A DNA stretch of 64,000 nt from an uncultured Acidobacteriota bacterium (GTDB taxonomy: Bacteria; Acidobacteriota; Thermoanaerobaculia; UBA5066), in NCBI GenBank assembly GCA_963779415.1, contig CAVZYA010000001.1, positions 2,048,001 through 2,112,000 on the forward strand. The letters run 5' to 3'. Made by a program: the position numbers and the translations under genes. Positions 40,727 through 49,541 of the stretch are shown here, in pieces (within the stretch, counting starts at the first letter, position 1; each line of letters opens with the position of its first letter). Below the pieces are notes generated by a model. That model was given only the letters and a program-made list of their open reading frames with translations, searched no databases and had not been told where the DNA came from.

Positions 40727-41547
40727 CCTCCGCCGGCCTCTCCCCGGCCATTCGCGCCTTCGAGGCGGTGGCCGACGTCTTCGACGAGCGATTCGGCGCG
40801 TGGGCAAGCGTCGCCGCCCAGCGCCGCGCCGTCCGCCGCGAGCTCATGGCCGCGTTTCCCGAAGGCTCCCGACTTCTCGAGCTGGGGGGAGGAACGGGAG
40901 AGGACGCGCTCTTCCTCGCGACGCGCGGTCGGAGGATCCTCGTCACGGATGGGGCTCCGCGCATGGTCGAAAGGACTCGGCGCAAAGCGACCGAGGCCGG
41001 CCTCGGGGACCGGGTCGAGGCGGAGGCCGTCGCCATCGAGGATCTGCAGGAGTTCGCCTGCCGGCGCGCTGGCGAAGGCGCGCCGGCGTTCTCGGGCGCG
41101 TACTCGAACTTCGCGTCGCTCAACTGCGTCGCCGACCTTTCCGCCGCCGGAAGGGCCCTCGCGGCTCTTCTCGCCCCCGGCAGCCGCGTCCTTCTCGTCG
41201 TCTTCGGCCCGTGGGCTCCGGGCGAGATCCTCACGCTCCTCCTCCAAGGCCAGCCACGAGCCGCCTTCCGGCGCTTCTCGCGCGGCCCTGTCGCCGCGCG
41301 GCTGGGAGGGCAAGAGTTCATCGTCTCCTATCCGCGCCCGCGTGACTTCGCCCGAGCTTTCGCTCCCTCGTTCCGGCTCCGGCGCGTCGTCGGCATCGGC
41401 GTTTTCGTCCCCCCCAGCTCCGCGGAGCCGGCGATCTCCCGCTGGCCGCGCCTTCTCTCGGCTCTCGAGGCGCTCGACCGCGTCGCGGCGCGCCCGCTCG
41501 CACGCCTCGGCGACCACGTTCTCCTCGATTTCGAGAAGGTGGCATGA
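40723..41547 (+). CDS. Class I SAM-dependent methyltransferase
   Basis: LLELGGGTGEDA and FSGAYSNFASLNC; TTGA overlap. Confidence 0.88.
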   Translation: MTSAGLSPAIRAFEAVADVFDERFGAWASVAAQRRAVRRELMAAFPEGSRLLELGGGTGEDALFLATRGRRILVTDGAPRMVERTRRKATEAGLGDRVEAEAVAIEDLQEFACRRAGEGAPAFSGAYSNFASLNCVADLSAAGRALAALLAPGSRVLLVVFGPWAPGEILTLLLQGQPRAAFRRFSRGPVAARLGGQEFIVSYPRPRDFARAFAPSFRLRRVVGIGVFVPPSSAEPAISRWPRLLSALEALDRVAARPLARLGDHVLLDFEKVA

Positions 41548-42350
41548 CCGGCTCGCCGTCGCCTCGGGAACGATGGGAGCGCGCCTACGCGGAGCTGCGC
41601 GAGAGGGAGGGGCGGTCCGATCCGGAGGCCCTCCTCACCCGGCCGTATCTGACGAAAGGTCCGCTCGCGGCGCAGTGGCGGATCCGCGCGCGGACGTACG
41701 ACCGCTTCGTCGCCGCGGTCCTCGCCCCGCTCGAACGGACGACGGGACGTCCGCTCTCCATCCTCGACCTCGGTGCCGGCGACGGATGGCTCGCGGCCCG
41801 GATGGCCGGGCGGGGCCACCGCGCGGTCGCCCTCGACGTCCGGCTGGACGCGGTCGACGGCCTCGCCGCGGGCGCTCTTCTGGCACGTCGGAGCGCCCGA
41901 CGTTTCGGCCGCGTCGCCGCCTCCTTCGAGGCTCTCCCGGTGTCCGGGGCGGCCTTCGATCTCGCCGTCTTCAACGCATCGATCCACTATGCCGCCGATC
42001 TCTTCCCCGTTCTTTCCGAGGCGTGCCGCGCCGTCCGGAGGGGGGGGCGGATCGCCCTTCTCGACTCGCCGTTCTATCGGAGCGCGGAGGCGGGAGAGGC
42101 GATGGTGAGACAGAAGGAGCAGCGGACGCGCGAGACGCTTCCGGATCTCGCCGACGGCCTCCTGGCGCGCCCCTCGATCGAATACCTCACCCGCGAGCGG
42201 CTCGCCGCGGCGGCCGCGACGTCGGATCTCGCGTTTCGCCGGATCCACGTCCGCTACCCCCTCTCGTACGAGCTTCGGGGCGTACGCGCCCTCCTCCGCC
42301 GCGAGAGGCCGCCGTCGCGATTCGACCTCTGGGTCGCGGACGTCGCGTGA
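41544..42350 (+). CDS. Class I SAM-dependent methyltransferase
   Basis: ILDLGAGDGW, FDLAVFNASIHY and DSPFY; ATGA overlap. Confidence 0.88.
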   Translation: MTGSPSPRERWERAYAELREREGRSDPEALLTRPYLTKGPLAAQWRIRARTYDRFVAAVLAPLERTTGRPLSILDLGAGDGWLAARMAGRGHRAVALDVRLDAVDGLAAGALLARRSARRFGRVAASFEALPVSGAAFDLAVFNASIHYAADLFPVLSEACRAVRRGGRIALLDSPFYRSAEAGEAMVRQKEQRTRETLPDLADGLLARPSIEYLTRERLAAAAATSDLAFRRIHVRYPLSYELRGVRALLRRERPPSRFDLWVADVA

Positions 42351-42357
42351 GCCGCCC

Positions 42358-43722
42358 GTGATCCTCCTCGTCAATCCCCGGGCCACGAAGCCGAAGAACC
42401 GACGCTTCCCCCTTTCGGTGATGGCTCTCGGCGCGGTCCTCCCCGAAAACGTCTCCTGGAAGATCCTGGACGGCAATCTCCCCGACGCCGATCCGTTCGC
42501 CGAGGCGGCGGCCGAGATCGAATGTCGCCGCGGTACGGCCGACCCCGTCTCCCTCGTGGCGATGACCGTCATGCCGGGGCCACAGCTCGTCGCGGCCGTC
42601 CCGATTGCGAAGCGGCTGAAGGATCGCTTTCCCGGGATCCCGATCGTCTGGGGGGGCTATTTCCCCACGCTCTATCCGGATCCGTGCCTGAACGCTCCGT
42701 ACGTCGACGGGATCGTCCGCGGGCAGGGAGAGAGGACGTTTCTCGACCTGCTCGAGGTCCTCGCCGGAACGAAGCCTCCGGCGACGGTCACCGGGCTCGG
42801 ATGGAAGGACGGCGGGACGCCGCGGATCAACCCCGAGCGACGGTGGGAAGGCCCGGACGCCTTCCCCGATCCGCCGTACGGGAAGATCGACGTCGAGACC
42901 TACCTGCACCCGACGGCGATCGGCCGACGGAGCGCCGTCCACCAGGCCTCGATCGGCTGCCCGTACACCTGCAATTTCTGCGGAGTCATCGCGGCCTTCG
43001 GAAGCCTCGAAAAGCTCGCCTCGCCGGCGCGGACCGAGGCCGCGCTCTCCCCTCTCGTCCGCGCCCACGGCATCGACGCCGTCCACTTCTACGACAACAA
43101 CTTCTTCCTCCGGGAAGAGCATGCCGAGGAGCTGTGCGGGCGGCTTCAGCCGCTCGGCCTCCGCTGGTGGTGCGAGGCGCGGATCGACGTGATGCTCCGC
43201 TACTCGGACCGGACGTGGGAGACGATCCGCCGCTCCGGCTGCGCGATGATCTTCTACGGCGCCGAGTCGGGTTCGGACGAGGCGCTCCGGAAGATGTCGA
43301 AGAACCTGACCACCGCCGAGACGCTCGCGCTCGCGGAGAAGGCGAGAACGTTCGGCATCGTTCCGGAGTTCTCCTTCGTCTTCGGCGACCCGGACGATCC
43401 CGTCGGCGAAGCGGACAAGACGCTCGCCTTCATCGGGAAATTGAAGGCGGTCAATCCGGCGATGAAGCTGATCACCTACTTCTACACCCCGACGCCCCAG
43501 CGCCGGGGAACGTACGGAAACATCGACCCTCTCGCCGGGACGCCGGAGACGCTCGAGGAGTGGATCACGCCGGAATGGGTCGGATGGATGACGCACGAGA
43601 GCCCGCGCGTCCCATGGCTGACGCGGGAGCTGAAGGCCCGGATCGCGGACTTCGCCGAAGGGTTCGTAGGTGGACCTCCGATCGAACCCGAGGCCTACGG
43701 CCATCTGAGAGTCTCCCCGTGA
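42358..43722 (+). CDS. Cobalamin-binding radical SAM enzyme (BchE/class B-like) 2
   Basis: FPLSVMAL, VWGGYFPT, RGQGE, GCPYTCNFC, FYDNNF and GAESGSD. Confidence 0.92.
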   Translation: MILLVNPRATKPKNRRFPLSVMALGAVLPENVSWKILDGNLPDADPFAEAAAEIECRRGTADPVSLVAMTVMPGPQLVAAVPIAKRLKDRFPGIPIVWGGYFPTLYPDPCLNAPYVDGIVRGQGERTFLDLLEVLAGTKPPATVTGLGWKDGGTPRINPERRWEGPDAFPDPPYGKIDVETYLHPTAIGRRSAVHQASIGCPYTCNFCGVIAAFGSLEKLASPARTEAALSPLVRAHGIDAVHFYDNNFFLREEHAEELCGRLQPLGLRWWCEARIDVMLRYSDRTWETIRRSGCAMIFYGAESGSDEALRKMSKNLTTAETLALAEKARTFGIVPEFSFVFGDPDDPVGEADKTLAFIGKLKAVNPAMKLITYFYTPTPQRRGTYGNIDPLAGTPETLEEWITPEWVGWMTHESPRVPWLTRELKARIADFAEGFVGGPPIEPEAYGHLRVSP

Positions 43723-44411
43723 GCGGACGCGCCGCCGCCCCGCTCCCGGTCGAGGCGGCTTACCGTATCTGGGCGGAGAGCTACGACGAGGAGAACCCGC
43801 TCACGACGCTCGACCGGCGTGCGGCCGCGCTCCTGACGCCGCCGCTCGCCGGCCGGACGCTCCTCGACGCCGCGTGCGGGACCGCGCGCCGTCTGACGTT
43901 CGACGGGATTGCGGGCCCGCGGCTCGCCGCCGGCATCGACCTCGTTTTCGAGATGCTGCACCGGGGACGTGCCGACGCGGCCCGCCCGAGGACGACGGCC
44001 GCGGGGAACCTCCGCGCGCTGCCGTTTTCCTCCTCGCGATTCGACGTCGTCTGGTGCCGCCTCGCGGCCGGACACCTTCCCGCGATCGCCCCGCTCTACC
44101 GCGAGCTGGCTCGCGTTCTCGCTCCCGGCGGACGAGCGATCGTCACCGATTTCCATCCGGCCGCGATTGCCGCCGGCCACCGCCGCCTCTTTCGCGACGC
44201 TTCGGGAAAGAGCCATCTCGTGACGCACGTGGTCCACCTGCCGGAGGCGCACGAGCAGGCGGCCTCCGCCGAGGGCCTTCATCTCGAGAGCCGGATCGAC
44301 CTCCCGATCGGAGACGACGTCCGCTTCTTTTTCGAGAGAGCCGACGCCCTCGACCGCTACGAGCGCGACCGGGGGCTGCCGCTTCTTCTCGCCCTCCGCT
44401 TCCGCCAATGA
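43719..44411 (+). CDS. Class I SAM-dependent methyltransferase (BioC-like)
   Basis: AYRIWAESYD, LDAACGT, FDVVWCRL and PGGRAIVTDFHP; GTGA overlap. Confidence 0.88.
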   Translation: MSGRAAAPLPVEAAYRIWAESYDEENPLTTLDRRAAALLTPPLAGRTLLDAACGTARRLTFDGIAGPRLAAGIDLVFEMLHRGRADAARPRTTAAGNLRALPFSSSRFDVVWCRLAAGHLPAIAPLYRELARVLAPGGRAIVTDFHPAAIAAGHRRLFRDASGKSHLVTHVVHLPEAHEQAASAEGLHLESRIDLPIGDDVRFFFERADALDRYERDRGLPLLLALRFRQ

Positions 44412-45499
44412 AGCTCCGGCTCGTCACGGGAAGGCGCACCCTCGACATCGAGGCGGGCCGGATCGTGTCGCGGGGCGGCGTGGCGGACCTCCGGCTCGAC
44501 CTCGGCGAGGCCGAGGCTCGCCCCGGTCTCGTCAACGCCCACGACCACCTTCATCGGAACCACCTCCCAAGGCTCGGCTCCCCGCCTTACGCAAACGTCT
44601 ACGACTGGGGCGAGGGGCTGCACGGCCGCTTCACAAAGGAGCTAGAGGGGCGCCACGCGATCCCGCGTGAGCGGGCGCTCCTCTTCGGCGCGCTGAAGAA
44701 CCTCCTCGGCGGCGTCACGACCGCCGTTCATCACGACCCGTGGGAAGAGATCTTCGACCGGGGCTTTCCGATTCGCGTGCCGCGCCTCCGCGCCGTCCAC
44801 TCGCTCGGGCTCGACGGAACGTCGGCCGCCGAGACACGCGCCGGGACGGAGCTATGGATTCTCCACCTCGCCGAGGGGACGGACGCCCGCGCCGCCGAGG
44901 AGATCCGGACGGCCGACCGGATGGGTCTTCTCGGACCTCAGCTTCTCGCGGTTCACGCGGTCGGCGCCGACGACGACGGGATCCTGCGTCTCTGCCGTTC
45001 GAAGACGGCCGTCGTCTGGTGTCCGACGTCCAACCTCTTTCTCTATGGCCGGACCGCTCCGGCGGCGCTCCTCGCCCAGGCCGACGTCCTCCTCGGAACG
45101 GACGCGCTCGTCTCGGGCGACGGGACGCTCCTCGACGAGCTTCGCGTCGCCCGCTCGCTCGGGTTTCTTTCCGACTCCCGGCTCGAGGCGGCCGTGACGG
45201 ACGTGGCGGCCCGGCGGCTCGGTCTTCCTTCGCCGTCGCTCGACCCCGGCGCCCCGGCCGACATCGTCGTCCTCCGACGGCCTCTCCTTTCGGCCCGCCC
45301 GCGCGACGTCGCGCTCGTTCTCGTCGGAGGCCGGCCGGTCCTCGCCGACGAGATGTTCGGCGGGCTCTTCGACGCATGCGCCGTTGGAGCCGAGCGACTC
45401 GCCGTCGGCGGCCTTCCGAAGCTCGTCGTCTCCCCGCTCGCGACCGTCGCCCGCGAGGTCTTCGACCGGACGCCCGCGTCCGCCCGTATCATCGTGTGA
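44408..45499 (+). CDS. Metal-dependent amidohydrolase, nucleoside/purine deaminase-like
   Basis: PGLVNAHDHL, GVTT, HLAEG, VHAV, WCPTSN and LGTD; ATGA overlap. Confidence 0.88.
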   Translation: MKLRLVTGRRTLDIEAGRIVSRGGVADLRLDLGEAEARPGLVNAHDHLHRNHLPRLGSPPYANVYDWGEGLHGRFTKELEGRHAIPRERALLFGALKNLLGGVTTAVHHDPWEEIFDRGFPIRVPRLRAVHSLGLDGTSAAETRAGTELWILHLAEGTDARAAEEIRTADRMGLLGPQLLAVHAVGADDDGILRLCRSKTAVVWCPTSNLFLYGRTAPAALLAQADVLLGTDALVSGDGTLLDELRVARSLGFLSDSRLEAAVTDVAARRLGLPSPSLDPGAPADIVVLRRPLLSARPRDVALVLVGGRPVLADEMFGGLFDACAVGAERLAVGGLPKLVVSPLATVAREVFDRTPASARIIV

Positions 45500-45501
45500 C
45501 C

Positions 45502-46314
45502 ATGCCCGACGTCCCCGCGCCGGCAGCGGGAAGGACTCCGGCGCCCGTCCCCTCGTTCTATGACGACATCGCGAATGACTACGACACACAGATGTCCCGC
45601 GTGCCGGGCGATATCTGGACTCGCGAGGCGTTCCAGGACTTCGTGATTCGCGACCTGTCGCCGGGCGAGGCCTTGCTGGACTTCGGCTGCGGTACGGGAA
45701 TCGACGCCATGGTCTACGCCGAGCGGGGGTTTCGAGTGATCGGATACGACTCCTCGCCTGCGATGATCCAGGTGGCGGTGAATCGCTGCGGAACCGGCAT
45801 CGGCGGAGGCCTCGTCGAGGTCTTCAGTTGCCCGTACGAGGAGTTCCTGACGAGTCCATGGGCGAGAAACCGACCGTCCGTAATCGCCTCGAATTTTGCG
45901 GTCTTGAATCTCGTCCCCTCGCTAGGCGCCGCCCTCGCGCGCTTTCACGAGATCCTTCGGCCGGGCGGGAGCGTCTTCCTGAACCTCCTCAACCCCTGTT
46001 ACGTCGGGAACCTCGTGACTCCCGGACTCCGGCGTCCGATGCTCCGGGCCCTCCTCCACGGGATCACGAACTTTCCCTCTGCAAAAGTTCCGACGCTCCT
46101 CTATCGCGAGCGATTCGTGAGGGAGGCGGCGGAACCGTATTTCGAGCTGGATCGGCGGGCCGGGGTCGGCGCGATCGTGAACCACGCGGCGATCGCGGGG
46201 TCCTGGCAGGCGCCCCTCGGGTTGCGGGAACGGATCGAGCACCGCTTCTTCTCGACGCGCGCCATGGCCGGCGCCGGCAAGTTCACGTTCCTGAAGTTTC
46301 GAAGGCTCGGGTGA
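45502..46314 (+). CDS. Class I SAM-dependent methyltransferase
   Basis: FYDDIANDYD, LDFGCGTGID, SNFAVLN and LRPGG; resembles the 40723 gene. Confidence 0.88.
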   Translation: MPDVPAPAAGRTPAPVPSFYDDIANDYDTQMSRVPGDIWTREAFQDFVIRDLSPGEALLDFGCGTGIDAMVYAERGFRVIGYDSSPAMIQVAVNRCGTGIGGGLVEVFSCPYEEFLTSPWARNRPSVIASNFAVLNLVPSLGAALARFHEILRPGGSVFLNLLNPCYVGNLVTPGLRRPMLRALLHGITNFPSAKVPTLLYRERFVREAAEPYFELDRRAGVGAIVNHAAIAGSWQAPLGLRERIEHRFFSTRAMAGAGKFTFLKFRRLG

Positions 46315-46357
46315 AGACCTCCCCGCGGCACACCCGACCCTTGCGGCGCCCCGAGCG

Positions 46358-47329
46358 ATGAAAGAGGCCCTGAAGCGGCTGATCTTCGGAGCGCGCAGGA
46401 TCTCCCAATGGTCCGCGGTCGGCATGGATGACCCTCGGGCTCTCTTCCGCCTCTGGCTCGAAGGCGGAAAGTTCTCCGTCGACGTGACCGAGACGAGCTC
46501 GGTCGCTGCGCTCAGACCGGTGACGTTCGCGATCCGGACCGGGGACGAGATTCCCCGGGACGCTCTCGAGAGCGATCGGCTCGTCCTCAAGGTCCGCCCT
46601 TCGGCGGCAGACGACTGGGTGGGCGAGATCGCTCTTCGCTATCTGCGGGATGTGAGAACGGACGTGGCGAGGATCTCCCTCTTCACGGTCGCCGGGCACC
46701 GGAACCGCTCTCTTCCGCCGGCGAGCTATCTCCGCTTCCGCCTCCGGCAACGGTGGGAGATCTTCCGGGACAAGACGCCCTACAACTTCCGGATGATCCC
46801 CTCCGAACTCTTCGCGCTCTACGTCTTCTACTACGTCCCGCGGCCGGTCTCTCTCGTCTCCGTCGCGTTCGAAGGTGCGACCAACATCTTCCCGATGGAC
46901 CTCGTCGGCCGAATGGGGGGCGACCTGTTCCTCCTGGCGCTGCGAAGCACGAGCCCCGCGATCCGCCTCATGACGGGCTCGAAGCGCCTCGCGGTGACGG
47001 CCGTGCCGTTCGAAGAGAAGGAGGTGGCCTACAAGCTCGGCACGCATCACAAGAAGGAGACGATCGACTGGGACTCGCTCCCTTTTCGAGGGATCCCGTC
47101 GCCTCTCTTCGGCCTTCAGGTACCCGCCTCGGCGCTCGGCCTCCGCGAGGTCGAGGTCGTGGCGACCGAAGTCGTCAGCACCCACGTTCTCTTCGTCACG
47201 AGGATCGTCCGCGAAGAGAGGTGGCGGGAGGGCCGGCAGCTCTGCCACATCCCCGGCATCCTGCGCGAGTACCTCACGAGCGTCGCCCCTTCCGCGGCCG
47301 CGGGTCTCGAAATCGACGGCCTCTCATGA
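46358..47329 (+). CDS. Flavin reductase-like (FMN-binding split-barrel) protein with N-terminal extension
   Basis: PRPVSLVS, NIFPMD and terminal HVLFVTRIV match the flavin-reductase-like pattern. Confidence 0.6.
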   Translation: MKEALKRLIFGARRISQWSAVGMDDPRALFRLWLEGGKFSVDVTETSSVAALRPVTFAIRTGDEIPRDALESDRLVLKVRPSAADDWVGEIALRYLRDVRTDVARISLFTVAGHRNRSLPPASYLRFRLRQRWEIFRDKTPYNFRMIPSELFALYVFYYVPRPVSLVSVAFEGATNIFPMDLVGRMGGDLFLLALRSTSPAIRLMTGSKRLAVTAVPFEEKEVAYKLGTHHKKETIDWDSLPFRGIPSPLFGLQVPASALGLREVEVVATEVVSTHVLFVTRIVREERWREGRQLCHIPGILREYLTSVAPSAAAGLEIDGLS

Positions 47330-48376
47330 CCCGCGCATCAGCTCCCGGGACTTCCGGATGACGTCGTCGACGCGGACCCGCATCAGACAAAGGAGGTCTC
47401 CCCGGCCGCAGGCGGGCTGCATGCAGGCGCCGCATTCGAGATCCTCGCTGTAGAAGCCTGCGGTCCTCGGCCCTTCGGGGCGGCTCCACGCCGAACGACT
47501 CGACCCGAAGAGGGCCAGGGTCGGCACTCCCTGTACCCAGGCGAGGTGCATCAATCCCGAATCGTCGCTGACGACGAGCGACGCCAGAGACATGACGGCG
47601 AGCGCGACGGCCGGGGTCGTCGCGCCTGAGAAATCGAAAAGACTCGCTCCGAGGGCCTCGCGCAGCGCGGTGAAGCGCGACGGCACGGGAGCGGCGGCGA
47701 GCGACATGAGCTGGTACCCCTCTCGTTCGAGGCGGCGTCCCAGCTCGACGTACCGCTCGAGGGGCCATTGCTTCGTCTGCCACCCTCCCGCCGGGTTGAG
47801 GCAGACGAGCGGCCGCGTCGGCTCCCATCCGGCTTTCGTGAGAAGCGCGCGCGCCTCGGCGAGCGGCCCCGGCCTCGCGTGGGATGCGAGAACGGGATCG
47901 AGCCGTCCAAGGCCGATCCACTCGACGGCATCGAGGTAGCGCGTCAGGGCGGTCCGGGGCGCGTGTCGGTCGAAGCCGACCCACGCTCGGGGCGCGAGGA
48001 GCCGCGTCAGGAAAAGCGACCAACGGTTGCGCTGAAGGTCGAGAACGACCGGAACGCGGTGCCGACGCAGCGCGAGCGCGACGCGGAGCATGGAGAGCCC
48101 CTTGGGGATCTTCGGGCGGCGCGTGTCGATCGAAAATACGGAGTCGACGTCCCGGTGCGCGGCGAAGAGCTCCCGTGAGCGGATATCGGTGACGACGTCG
48201 ATCCTGACTCTCGGAAGTCGGCGTCGAATCGCGGCGATCACCGGAAAGGTGATGGCCGTGTCGCCGAACGCATGAAGGCGGATGACGACGAGGCGCCCCG
48301 GATCCGGCCTCCCCGCGAGCGGAACTCCGATCAGGCCGTCGGGCGTGAAGGGAGGAACGGGGAACGGCGCGGACAT
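47324..48376 (-). CDS. Glycosyltransferase family 9 (heptosyltransferase-like)
   Basis: IRLHAFGD, LDLQ, NPAGGWQTKQWP, VSDDSGLMHLA, PTLALFG and Cys motif CGACMQPAC...LCL. Confidence 0.9.
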   Translation of the reverse strand: MSAPFPVPPFTPDGLIGVPLAGRPDPGRLVVIRLHAFGDTAITFPVIAAIRRRLPRVRIDVVTDIRSRELFAAHRDVDSVFSIDTRRPKIPKGLSMLRVALALRRHRVPVVLDLQRNRWSLFLTRLLAPRAWVGFDRHAPRTALTRYLDAVEWIGLGRLDPVLASHARPGPLAEARALLTKAGWEPTRPLVCLNPAGGWQTKQWPLERYVELGRRLEREGYQLMSLAAAPVPSRFTALREALGASLFDFSGATTPAVALAVMSLASLVVSDDSGLMHLAWVQGVPTLALFGSSRSAWSRPEGPRTAGFYSEDLECGACMQPACGRGDLLCLMRVRVDDVIRKSRELMRGS

Positions 48377-48422
48377 CGCGGGGAATGCTACGCGCGCACC
48401 CCGCGGATTGTTACGATGGCGC

Positions 48423-49541
48423 GTGCGCGTGGCGCTCGTCGTGCCGGGGGGCGTGGACCGGAGCGGAGAGCAGCGTGTCATCCCGGCTCTCCTCTGGCTG
48501 ATCGAGAGGCTCGCCCGGCGGCACACGTTGCACGTCTTCGCGCTCTCGCAGGAAAAGGAGCCGGGGGACTACCCTCTGCTCGGCGCCCAGGTCCACAACC
48601 TCGGCATGCCTTCCCGCTCCGCGTGGCCGGGGCAGGCGCTTCTTCTCGCTGGACGGAGGCTCCTTCGGGGGATCGCGCGTCACGGCCCCTTCGACGTCGT
48701 TCACGCCTTCTGGGCGAACAACCCGGGCTTTCTCGCCGCGCTGGCCGCGCGCCGCCGGCACCTTCCCCTCGTGGTGAGCCTCGGTGGAGGAGAACTCGTC
48801 GCCCTCAGGGAGATCGAATACGGCTCCCAGCTCCTCGCCCGGGAGAGGCTCAAGGTTCGGTGGACCCTGCGCAGCGCCTCGCGCGTCACAGTCGCAAGCG
48901 GCCCCATGGACGAGCTTGCGCGCCGGCACGGCGTGACACCGGACATCGTCCCTCTCGGCATCGACGGCGCTTTCTTCGTCGAGCCGACGGCGGGCGGTCC
49001 TCCCTTCCGGCTCCTCCACGTCGGAAGCCTCAACCGCGTCAAGGACCAGACGACGCTTCTCCGTGCCTTCCGCCGGGTCGTGGACCGCGGCGAGGACGTT
49101 CACCTCGACGTCGTCGGCGAGGACACGCTCGACGGCTCCGTGCAAGCCACCTGCGCCGCTCTCGGTCTCTCGTCCCGCGTGGCGTTCCACGGGTTTCTCC
49201 CAAGCGCTCGGACGCAGCCGCTGTTTCACCGCGCGCACCTCTTCCTTCTGAGCTCCCTTCACGAGGCGGGACCGCTCGTCGTTCTGGAGGCGGCGGCGTC
49301 GGGGGTGCCGACCGTCGGGACGGCCGTGGGACACGTCCGGGACTTCGCTCCCGACCGTGCCCTCGCCGTTGCCGTCGGCGACGACCGCGCCCTCGCGGAA
49401 GGCGTCCTTTCGCTCCTCCACGACGAGCCGCGGCGACGCGCGATGGGCGCGGCGGCCCAGCGCTGGGCGCGCGAAGACGACGCCGACGCCACGGCCGCGG
49501 CGTTCGAGAGGATCTACGGCGAGGTCGTCGCCGCCTCCTGA
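48423..49541 (+). CDS. Glycosyltransferase family 4
   Basis: VPLGID, VGSLNRVKDQ and SSLHEAGPLVVLEAAASGVPTV (EX7E). Confidence 0.9.
   Translation: MRVALVVPGGVDRSGEQRVIPALLWLIERLARRHTLHVFALSQEKEPGDYPLLGAQVHNLGMPSRSAWPGQALLLAGRRLLRGIARHGPFDVVHAFWANNPGFLAALAARRRHLPLVVSLGGGELVALREIEYGSQLLARERLKVRWTLRSASRVTVASGPMDELARRHGVTPDIVPLGIDGAFFVEPTAGGPPFRLLHVGSLNRVKDQTTLLRAFRRVVDRGEDVHLDVVGEDTLDGSVQATCAALGLSSRVAFHGFLPSARTQPLFHRAHLFLLSSLHEAGPLVVLEAAASGVPTVGTAVGHVRDFAPDRALAVAVGDDRALAEGVLSLLHDEPRRRAMGAAAQRWAREDDADATAAAFERIYGEVVAAS

Noticed and set aside
39257-43722. Chlorophyll (BchE) or hopanoid function for the B12-radical SAM genes
   Set aside because: No bch or hpn/shc genes are present in the window, and the shared fold alone does not support that assignment.
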